Source: Eukaryota sp. TZLM1-RC (Eukaryota > Protista > Metamonada: BaSk clade). Taken from it: 64,000 nt of DNA. The notes below the pieces were generated by a model that did not search any database, had not been told where the DNA came from, and saw only the letters and a program-made list of their open reading frames with translations. The position numbers were made by a program, and so were the translations under genes. Positions within the stretch are counted from its first letter, which is position 1. Each line of letters starts with the position of its first letter. The stretch is taken from NCBI GenBank assembly GCA_040285825.1, contig JAUPSS010000008.1:186001-250000 (forward strand), in the 5' to 3' direction. Below are positions 44,300 through 55,700 of this stretch, in pieces.

Positions 44300-47200
44300 A
44301 GGCAACAATAATTATTGGCCGTTCATCGGGTAACGAACAACAGGCTTCGCTGGATACTGCCTCACCTTCGGGTGAAATTAACTCCAATCTCCACCGTATG
44401 GATTCCGCCTCCCATCTCGCCAACAATCCTCAGGACTCAGAGGGAGATTCTCTCACTCCTGCCAAGGATTATTCTTTTTTTGCAGAATCCAACGCAGACA
44501 GCTCGAAAGGGGAGTCTACCTCCACGGCTTATTAAGGAGTCGACAGATTCTACTGGTCAGGCTCGTTCCTCCTCTATTTCCACCAAGGTATCTACTCCTA
44601 CTGAATTCAAGTGGCAGTACACCATTGAAAAATTCCGTAAACATTTGGAACTATGAAACTTTTTGGATTTACTCGCCTTGAAGGTAGAGCTCGGTACTCG
44701 TGTTCCTAAGGACCACTTCGAGCAGTTCATGAGTCAGATGTTTTTAAACGAGTCTCCTCCTTGGATTCCTTCGGTTGAAGAGGATGGAGACAACTTTATG
44801 TTCTTGCTGATGCCCCAACCCTATGATCCATTGACTCATCCAGATCCGGATTGTCTTATGGATTTCTATCCATTCCGTTTGGATAGAGAATCAGCAGTCG
44901 AACCTAATCTAGGCCAAGTTTTCGCCGCTCGTAGTGCTTATGGTCAGGACCTCTCGAGAGTATGGAACTCGTTGGAAAACCCTCCTACTCTCAGAAACCT
45001 CCCAGCTAATCCCGAAACCACTCCCATATTTTCTCGTCAGGAGAAAGTAGCTGTTTATGGTGAGGATGAAGACGGTAACTCATGCGTTTTCTGGGTACCG
45101 AGGGGTAAAGTTCTCTCTCCTGATCCCTCAATCCCCAAATTCCTCTCTGGAGATCTGTTTGTTTCGGATCTCGACACTTCTTCTCCCATCCAACGCGGTG
45201 GATTTCGACTCTCTTATCGTTAGTGAGACATCCGAGTCTACCCTTAAAATCAGGGACAGCCCCTCTCGCTGTTTCCCTACAATCACACTAGTTTTAGTGG
45301 TGATAACGATAAACGTTCTCGTAGTTATAGAATTAATACAATCAACATCGCAGATTCACACTCTACGAACGTCAATACAAACGGTTCCAACCCCAACATA
45401 CGCTTTTCCCAAATCCCTCGAAAATCCATTGAGCACAACTGATTCCAACACTGAATCTTCAAGTACCAATAAAATTTTTTGTTTGTCTTCTGTTTGTGCC
45501 AAAAAATCAATTAATTGTCCCAAGTTTATAAAATTCTGGTTACAGTTTCATAACATAGAGGTATCTGGTCTCATTGATAGTAGAGCATCCATATCTGTCA
45601 TCTCAAGAGACCTATCCACAAAATGCAAGATGGAACACAGCTCTGAATCTGTCAAATTCATTGGTGTTAACGAAAAACCATCAAATTCTGACGGCAATGC
45701 CAAAGGAAAAGTATCCATCAATGTCGGTAGCATTGCCAAAGTTGTGCATCTTACTAAACCGTTACCAATCGTTCCAGGCAACAACATTCTAATTATAAGA
45801 ATAGACATTCTATATGAACTCGGCCTGATGAACAATGACAGGGTGTACATTCATCTCAACAAGCTTCACAGAATTTTAATGTTACCTAAATCTGAGTTTG
45901 ACCAGAGAATTTCACAGTTATCTCATTTTAAGGTGTCAAAAACATTTGAAGATCACGTCAACTCATCAGGTTGTTAAATAAAGCTCAACAATCAATCAGA
46001 AAATCAACAGCTCCTCGCAACTCTCGAAGAGTTCAAAGATGTTTTCACGTTGAAATTTCACGAAGAAGGCATCGACTGTAACCCCATGGACATCGATTTC
46101 TACGATAAACACAGTGTTGTTTATCGTCCACCTCGCAGGTTAAACCCTGAGCGACTCAAAATCGCCAACCAAATCTTCGATGAGTTAATCGAATCTGGTT
46201 TCGCCACAGAATCCAACGGTAGATTCAGCTCCCCAGTCGTCCTTGTAGTTTATCCTGATCATCGGAAACCACGTCTTACAGGCGACTTCAGTGGTCCGAA
46301 TGGAGTCAATGCGAACACTATCCCCATCGCTCCAAACCTTCCAAAGATCTCTGATGTATTAGAGTTTTTATCTCAAGCCAATTACATTGGAACCCTTGAT
46401 CTCCCAAAAGCATTTTGGCAACTCAAGATCAACGAAGGAGACATCGAGAAAACCACCCTCAGCATTCCTGGTCACAGTATTAGCTTCAACAGGGCATGTT
46501 TCGGCCTCAAGAACGTCCCCGCAGTGTTTCAAAACGTAATGTCCACCCCGTAATGTCCATTATCGTCCACCCCGCAGGTTAAACCCTGAACGACTAAATA
46601 TCGCTAACCAAGTCTTTGATGAGTTAATCGAATCTGGTTTCGCCACAACATCCAATGGCAGATTCAGCTCCCCAGTTGTTCTTGTAGTTTATCCTGATCA
46701 TCGGAAACCACACCTTACAGACAACTTCAGTGGTCCGAATGGAGTCAATGCGAACACTATCCCCATCACTCCAAACCTTTCAAAAATCTCTGACGTATTA
46801 GAGTTCTCAATTTAAGCTAATTACATTGGAACACTTGATCTCCCAAAAGCATTTTGGCAACTCAAAATCAACGAAAGAGACATCGAGAAAAATACCTTCA
46901 GCATTTTTGGTCGCAGCGTCAGCTTCAACAGGGCGTGTTTCGGTCTCAAAAACGTCCCCGCAGTGTTTTAAGTGTTGCATCTTTAGCATCGAAGGCGTAT
47001 TTATCTACATCGACGATATCATTATCATAGGTAATACCCTTCCTGAATTCATCGACAGGCTTAAAACCGTCCTTTTGCGCGCTAAAGAGAAGCGGGTCAG
47101 CCTTGGCCTACCTAAATGCCATTTCAAGTCTAAAGATCATGAAATCAAGATTCTCGGTAGTATCTTCGTCAATGGTACACGCCAAATCGATCCCTCACGA

Positions 47201-47355
47201 CTAACTGGATTAATCCAGCTTCCGGCTCCCAAGACAGTGAAAGACGTCAGAAGCTTTGTAGGATCCATCAACTACATTAGAGACTGGTTGCCTTCGGTAT
47301 CCGAAATCATATTTCCTATCATCGAGCTTACTAGAGAAGACCCCCGCCGGGGCTC
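44300..47355 (+). mobile_element. Decayed Ty3/Gypsy LTR retrotransposon (LTR end, gag, protease, RT; truncated)
   Basis: LTR end GGCAACA at 44301-44307 followed by ATAATTATTGGCC, as in the TRIM. Protease LIDSRAS; RT motifs SPVVLV, LDLPKAFWQ, FGLKNVP and YIDDII; the RT 5' part is duplicated. The 5' LTR start was not located. Confidence 0.88.
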
Positions 47356-47356
47356 C

Positions 47357-47517
47357 TGAATCCAATTTGCCATTACAAATGAATTACCTCGGTTTTTCAA
47401 TCGAATTAGAGAAACTTTAGCTCGACAGCAAGCAGCTCAAGATTTTGTAGAGGAAAGCTTGGTTCCATCTTTTTCGTCCCATTAGTTATGATTTTATTTT
47501 GTCAAGTGTGTAAGTTG
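47357..47517 (+). mobile_element. CRE-like family A terminal 3' fragment
   Basis: Matches 29663-29817, including the CGTCCCATTAGTTATGA...CAAGTGTG 3' UTR. Confidence 0.85.
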
Positions 47518-47539
47518 AACAAAAGTATCCATTGATGTT

Positions 47540-48460
47540 TTTTTCAACTATATTTTTATTGAACTAAAATACTGTCTATTATTCAATATCCTCCAAACAC
47601 GCATCACTATTACTAAACCTACTCACAACATTTCGTTCATATTCTACACCAATAGTTAAAAGAGCCCACCAAACGAGCAGCAGAATTTTTGCACACATCT
47701 TCTAAGACAACATCCACAACGTTGAGAACACCATCGATCCCTGGAGCTACTAAATCTGCCCTTCTTTTATTAATGAACTCGTCAGTTTAATCCATTGATG
47801 TGGAACCCATAAAGCAAGTTCATACAGGAAGTTCTTAATTCCACCTAAAAACGCAGCATTTGATAAAATAGAAGAACGTGTTAGGCCAACAATTACCATG
47901 CTTGTCGATCTAAATGCATGAAGAGGAATATCCGCAATTTATTAATATTGAGTACTGGAACCTAAAATGGAGTTTTTTTGTTAAATACTGTTTGACATAG
48001 TGTGTGCTCAAATTTGGAGGAATAGAACGAATTAAGTGGTTAAATTTTGAACCAAAACATAACATATCAACATGAAATTTGATATGTTTCTTCAAAGGCA
48101 AATCATGAATTTGTTTGAGATCAGAAGTTTCAACTTTTTGTTTACTTCTGCAAACACAGCGGAATGTGGAAGTGCTTCAACAATAGCACAATGCTTCACT
48201 GAATTGAAGGCATTTTTGAAATCAGAGACAACAGCAACTTTTTTACTTGATAAATTCATGATAAATCAACATCTAGAGCAGCAGTATTCGCTCTATGGTA
48301 AGTTCCTATACCAAATTGAAAAGCACCAGGAAAATCTTTAGCACTTTTCATGATACGATTGAAGACTAGTGTAGTTAACAGACGCGAGATCACTGCACCA
48401 ATCGCAATGGGACGAACTCCACCAATTGACTTCGCCAATGGAATATGGTAAAACATGAAG
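47540..48460 (-). mobile_element. Internally deleted CRE-like element (third variant)
   Basis: GGVRPIAIG..QFGIG, KKHIKF..FNHLIRS and RRADLVAPG..VVDV in successive frames. Confidence 0.75.
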
Positions 48461-48707
48461 AACATAATTCTGTAGGAAGTTCAAAACAATAATAAAATTA
48501 TATAAACGAGTCAATGAAGGTATTATAAAGTTCAGAGATTTGATAGCGCATATTACTATATAATAAAAACAGCGGAAATGAGTAAATACTTTAAATTATA
48601 GCACTTTGCACTACTTACGAAATGTTGTTTTATGCATTCAATGGTTGAAAAATAAGTCATTTACTAACAATAGTTTATCAGGTAAATTACATCTATATAT
48701 CACAAAC

Positions 48708-49933
48708 TTAGAAACACTGTGGTAAGAAATAATAAAGTAGGTACAAACCTTTCTGTGAACAATTGAAGGACCGGCTTCTTCGTATTCTTCACGAGTGATC
48801 CACATATTTTCAAATGTGGTCAAAGATGACAAAATAGATCCACCAATCCATACACTGTATTTTCTTTCAGGAGGAGCAACAATCTTGATTTTGACAGATG
48901 CTGGGGCTTGGTTGACCAACTCCTTCTCCATTCTAGCACCAATTCCTTCATACATAGTGGTACCACCAGAAAGAACAACATTGGCGTAGAGATCGGAACG
49001 GATATCAACATCACACTTCATAATTGACTTGTAGGTTTGTTCATGTACACCAGGGGCTTCAAGGCCAATCATGGATGGTTGGAACAAAGCTTCAGGTGTT
49101 CTGAAACGTTCAGAACCAATGGTAATAACTTGTCCATCAGGCAATGAGTATTGGCGTTCGATAGCTGAAGATGTTTCAGCAGTTTGCATTTCAGCATCAT
49201 AATCTAGAGCCACATAACAAAGCTTTTCCTTCATGTCTCTGACAATATCGGCTTCTGCAGAGGTAGTGAATGACAATCCTCTTTCGGAAAGGAGACGAAT
49301 CATATGCTTAGTGAGATCACGACCAGCAAGATCAAGACGAAGAATGGCATGAGGTAAACAGTATCCTTCATAGATGGGAATAGTATGAGAAACACCATCA
49401 CCAGAGTCACAAACAATACCGGTAGTACGACCAGAAGCATAAAGAGAAAGAACAGCTTGGACCGAGACATATGCTCCTCTTACATTGAAAGTTTCGAACA
49501 TAATTTGGGCCATCTTTTCGCGATTACTCTTTGGATTCAAAGGAGCTTCAGTTAGATGAACATTGTGTTCACTAGGCTCAGCACGGAGCTCATTGAAGAA
49601 AGTCTAAAGTAAACACACATTGTGAAATACATACGTGATGCCATATCTTCTCCATATCGTCCCATTCAGTAACAATACCATGTTCAATGGGATACTTCAA
49701 CATCAAAATACCTCTTTTGGCTTGTGCCTCTTCACCAACATAACAATCACGAGTTCCTGAACCAATCATTACACCTTGATGTTTAGGGCGACCAACGATA
49801 GAGGGAAATACGACACGGGGAGCGTCATCACCGGCAAAACTACAGTAAGTATGCAAGATCGTGGAGCATACCCGGCTTTACACATTCCGGATCCATTATC
49901 GACAACAAGAGCAGTAGCACCTTCTTCAGCCAT
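48708..49933 (-). CDS. ACT: Actin; join(49933..49872,49839..49635,49603..48749,48716..48708)
   Basis: [13 protein letters not shown]|[11 protein letters not shown]|TFFNELR and IVHRK|CF* are restored by GT-AG introns of 32, 31 and 32 nt. Confidence 0.97.
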
Positions 49934-51346
49934 TATGAAATGCAAACAGAAAAATACAGTTAACATTTGTTTTTTTCTTTGTTGACAAATTCTCGATCTC
50001 GATCTTAGATCATCTAAGATTCCCATGAAAAGGATATCATGTATATTAACTCTTCAGCTACAGTTTTAGTTGTAGTCCATAGCAGCTGATACCATCACTA
50101 TCCTCTACATAATTATCTACAGTAGCCTTGATGTTAATACATCATCACCTATTACAAATCCGATTTTATCTTCTCCATTACAATGTTCTGTAAAAACACC
50201 AGACATACACCTCAACAATGCAGGATTCATATCTCTCATCTGTGTTGTAGTATTCTCAAACTCAAAAATCACATTTACCTGGTTATACAAGTTGGACACT
50301 TTGGAGAGGTGTTTGTCATCAACTAAACATAGTGTATAACACGGACAACAAACTTGCTCAACATTTGTTGAAGATCTCAGCAAGATGTTTACTTTTTTGA
50401 AACAATGTTTCACTTAAATGGTGGACTTGTATTTTCTGTAAACATAATGTTGTGTAGCTCTTCTTTGATTTAAAATGTATAAACTGATATTATATAATGT
50501 TAATTATATGTAAACCCAAGCTTCAACCCTGGTTCACTCAATTTAATCCTCACCGAAATTCTCTTCGTGGCCAAGTGCTTGGTCACTTGGTCTTCAACTT
50601 CATTTTGGCACTTAAAGAAAAACACTGTGAAAACTGTTGTGTTGAAGAGATGTTTGTTCGGTTTTGACAAAATTGAGTGTCATTATTCAACACATAATGG
50701 GGCTGCTTGACACAGTATGCTTACAATCGATGCTTTATAACCATTTTTTCTGGAGAACTTTTCTCAGTCATGGATAGTAATTACTTACTTTCTGTTTTCG
50801 GAATATATGTATATATTAAATTTCAAACTGTATTGTATCTATCAATTATAAATGACATTTTTGATTGTTTGGAACAAAAAAGCCTAAAACAGTTCATAAA
50901 TTGATGAATTTAATAGCTTTTTTGATAATGTAGATTCTGTCTGCTCTTCAGCCATTGTATTAAACAGTATAAACTTTTTCTTTTTGATTTCAGTTTGAGC
51001 CAAACACGAGGTGATATTCAATGCGCATGGTATGATGGAACGGAATTAATAGTCGATTGTACCATCGTATCTCCGTGGAAAAGAAGTTGCAATTCTGATA
51101 TTCAAAATTTACACAAAGTTATAATAATGGTTGTGAGAGTGTTTACTGGGTGAAGGTTTTGCCATGTATCTTCTGCCAGTTGGACAAGGGATAACTCCAC
51201 ATTGATAATCAGCTAAGAAGTATCCACATAATCTTGATTGTCCCAGATCAACGTCAATAAGGAGCCTTTCGGGTAAAATTTCGACTGGATGTCTACGTCT
51301 TCAACAAGGCATTTTTTGAGTGCCCATCCACTGTGTTCCTCTGGCA

Positions 51347-52200
51347 TCAGGATTGGATTTTTGGATTTTCAATCCAAAAAGGACACACATCAGGCTTGCT
51401 GCACTTGAAATTTTCCTGAGGATGCAACTTTTGAAGTTTTTCAAGGGTATCAGAGTTTGCATCAGCCAAAGAAGAGGAAAACAAAGACTGCTTTGCGGCA
51501 CCATAACGACCACGTAAGCAAAATTTTCGGCAAATTTTGGAATTTACAATTTTTGTTTTTCGAAATTTTTTCTTAAAATAATTTTTGTTTTTTCTAGCAA
51601 AATATTTCCAGAAGCATGAAATATTCCACTTATTATTTTTCAATTCAGAAGTAAAATTTCTCATTTCCATTGAGAAGGGGATTGTGCTGGCGGGACTTAT
51701 TTCTACTGGGATCTGGATCGGGGGTCTTACGGTATCAACGGCTTTACAATTCGTACAAAACAGAAGTTTTCGACCATTTCTTGAATCTGCAACATCTTTT
51801 GTGCAAAATGGACAACAAAAATTACTGTTTTCAGAAGGAGAAGAAGAGGGAACACTAGAAGAATTTAACTGTTGATCGTCAGAAACATTATTTTCAGCAC
51901 CTTTCACAACGGCAACAGCTGGAACAGAACATTCGAGAATTTGTTGAGCAGATTTTAATTCAAATTCTCTTTTTTGTTTTTCAGGGCACGTTCTCGAATT
52001 ATGACCACTGATACCACAAATCGAACATTTTTTAGAACCTTTTAATGGCAGTGGTTTCATTTTTTCAGTTCTTTCTATTTTGTCAATTTGTGAGTTAAAA
52101 GTAGAAATAGACTTTTGACTATTTGCAGTTTCAGCTGGAGAAAACAAATTTCGAGAACGATAAACTAGATTCAGATAATAAACCATAATTTATATCAAAT
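51347..52200 (-). mobile_element. 5' part of a CRE-like family B element (ORF start, zinc knuckle, C4 finger)
   Basis: CSICGISGHNSRTC, CPFC..CTNC, VRPPIQIPVEISPAS and CLRGRYG..LHPQENF match 23160-23370 and 29841-30080. Confidence 0.85.
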
Positions 52201-52755
52201 TTGTTATTCACAGTAGAATCACTTGCGTCATATTAGTCAACTTTGACAGAATTTCATCAAATAATATATATATTGGAACGTTGGAACAACAGCATCATAA
52301 AGGATTCCGAGTACAAAAATAAAATTGTTTTTTTAATAATGTGTACTTGGATAACCAATCTTGAAACCTTTGGACTCTGAGTATACAAAGACGTCTGGTG
52401 ATTTTTAGAATTAGTAGAAGCATAAGAAAGTACAATCAACAAGAGGACAAGAAAAACGAATATCAATGCTCTTGGAAACGAATGAATTGGTTTAAAAATA
52501 AAGTTTAACAAATAGTTCCATGGGTCTCAAGCAGTGTCATCAATACAAAACCTTGTGGAATCGAGATAATAATTCTGTTCTAAATAATCTGATGTTGGGT
52601 GAAGACATTATGGATGAAAGAAAGAGAGGTATTCAAGAGACAGTAGTCTCAAATGAATGTTTTTGAATTCACTAAGGAAAGCCTGAAAGATGTTGGAATA
52701 GTTGTCTTAATAAATCTTAAGCTATCAATTTCGACTTACACTCCACAGTTTCGAC

Positions 52756-55700
52756 ATGTCTGCTTTGCTACAGACCCTTTTTCTTATACTTGTTACTTCT
52801 TTAGCTCTCGAAGTACACTGGATATCCACTGATAATGTAGATTTTTCCCACCCAGGAAATTGGAATCCCGAACCCGATTTCTACACACAAGTTGTCACTT
52901 GCATCATTGATGTTGATACGGAAGTTATTCTCTCTTCAGATAAGATTCCTAACATTCATAAGATAATACTTGGTTCTTCTTCTTCCACTCCAACTCTCAA
53001 AATCAGTGCAGCTCTTTCAGTTGAGAATTTTGTTTGGCATAGTGGTAGTCTAGAGATCGATACCAAGTTATTCAACATCCACTCCACTCTAGACCTCAAA
53101 TCAGATAGTTCCAAAGAACTAAGTAAAGGAACTTTGATTTTATTTGGTTCTTTGGAAGTCCATGACAAGTCCATTCTTACCCTAGGTCATGGATCTAAAG
53201 TCAGTGTTCGTCATGTTTACAATAAGAAAAATAAGGTCTTAATTTCCCATTCATCAGGTGTTTTTGAGATAGCAAACACTGGTGGAGGTCCTTCTGTTGA
53301 GTTCTTTGTTCCAGTTGAATTGAAACACAATAGCCATCTAAAACTAGGAGTTAGTGCACATTTGATTGGAAGTGTTGTGGTCAGTGAAGGTGCAGTTTTG
53401 GAGTTTAATGAAGACTCGGAAATAAATAATGAAATAGAGTTGAAAGGGGAAAATTCTGGGCTCAAAGTTGATGGTTGTACTGTTCAATTTAAGTCAAAAT
53501 CCTATTATTCTGCAGTAGAAAATGATTTATTAGTTTATTTTAACTTTAGGGATCCTCCTAGTAATGGTTACTTCAGTGATTTCTTTGGTAATTTCTTTGC
53601 TCAAATTAGAGGTAATACTCAGCATGAAAGCAATTATGTATCAATGCCTGGTAACAACGACCATTTGCTTAGCAGTTTCAGACCTGCCCCTACTGGTCCT
53701 TTTACTATCTACATGGACTATGACATCAGCTCTTCGAAACCCAGTATGTCTACAACTGTACAGTTTGGTCTTGAATCTAACGAAGATTCTTGTAATTTTG
53801 CTACCGGCTTTCGTAGGGATCGGAGTGGTTTGCTCAGATTTGGATATTTAGGTTTTACACTTTCTTCAGTCTCCACAAGAAGGAGGATTTGTCAATGCAC
53901 GCCTGTCGTCAATCACCATGATTTCGAGGAAAGTTTTAGGCCTGCTGCCTTTATTGTGGACAACAACAATGTTGTTCTGAGGAACAATTATGAAGGTGAT
54001 ATTAAAAGTAGTTCCCACAGCTCTTCATCTCTTGAACCATGCCAACGTACCTTTCCTTTAGACTTTGGTTGTTTATTTGATTCTAATGGTGGTCGTGATT
54101 GTAAACTTAATGTAAAATTCCGTGATTATAGAGTTTACAGCAAGGCTCTCAGTTCTTCAGATGTAACAACTTTGTTTTCCCAATCAGGAGAAGAAGGAAT
54201 TGTTGAAACTACTACAGTTCCTGAATTTAGTGGACCTGGTTTTATTACTTTGACTGAGGGCAGTTTTATTAACCTATTTCCTAAAGAACTAAGTATTATT
54301 TACTATGAAGGATCTTCTCTTTTTGAAAACCAGTTTACTTGCTCTGATACCACAACTCTTGTCATTACTGGGGATGTTGTAGTTAATTCAGGTGAGAGGT
54401 TTAGCCTGGGTTGTAAATTAAAACTTGAAGGAAGTATTGAAATTTTTGCTGGTGAAGTTGTTTTTGCTAAAGGCTCTCAATTTGATGGTAGTTTGATTGT
54501 AAAACAAAATGGCAGAGCTAAATTTGAAGAAGGTATTTATATATTTTCCGAGAGTTCTGTCCTTGGTCAAGACCCTGAAAATTTGGTTACAGATTCGAGT
54601 ATCACACTCAATATTTATGGTAAATTGAAAGTTTCTTCTCCTATTCTCTTTAATGGTTTGGTTTATGTTTTGCAACCAAAGTCTGTTTTAGATGTTCCTG
54701 GCCTTACGATTGTTATTGATGATAGTTTGGTTTTTGAGGATGTTGAATTTAGTCAAAGTACTGCGGTTACTATTTTGTCTGGTGATGTAACTTTTTCTTA
54801 CGATGAGGAAGCCACTATTAACTTATCAAGTTTTTTAATAGAAGAAGGATCTGTTACCTTTAATAATGGTGATTTAAAGGCAAATACCATTACGATCAAC
54901 TCTGAGTCTGCCGCTAGTGCTTCATTTACTAACACAAAGCTAGGTTCTTTAAGTGATTTCACTTCAAATAGTGGTAATATTGAATTTAATTATGAGGATG
55001 ATCTTACCATTTCCGCAAATTTTATTATTGTTGATTCAGACTTGGATTTAAAGAATCCAGAGACTACTTATTCCTTCAATAGGCTTGATTTAAGTTCATC
55101 AACCAGAAAAGGTAATGGAAATTTAATTGTCAACGACTTAAGTTTTTCAGGTACCACTTTTACTGGTAATTCCCAAACTAAATGTACTGAAAGCTGTGAT
55201 GTGATTAATGGTGAAACTAACATTATAAATGTAAAACATTCCCATGAATTGATTTTTGATGGTAATGGTAATATGAATTCTGAATCTCTTATTGACTTTG
55301 AAATTAATTCAGCTAATTTTATTCTTAATGAACCATATTCATTTACTACCAACTCTAAAATCATTGTTTCAACCTCATCCGAAACAGATTTTCAAATATT
55401 GGGTACACTCAGTATCGAAGAAGAAGGTAGTTTGGCAATTGAGGATTTATTTGATTTAAAAGGAACTATCATTGTCAATGGTAAATTAGAATTAGATTCA
55501 GATAGTACCATTGATGGAACTTTAAAGGTTTTAGATGGTGGTGAAGCTGTTTTCAAAGGAGATTCTTATACATTTAACCAAAATTCCAAGCTTGAAGTTC
55601 ATCCAAATACCCTAATTTTACAGGAACCTATTGAATTAACAATTGAAGGTACTTATAAAGGAATTGGTTCCATCACTCACTCACATGGAAAGTTGACGTT

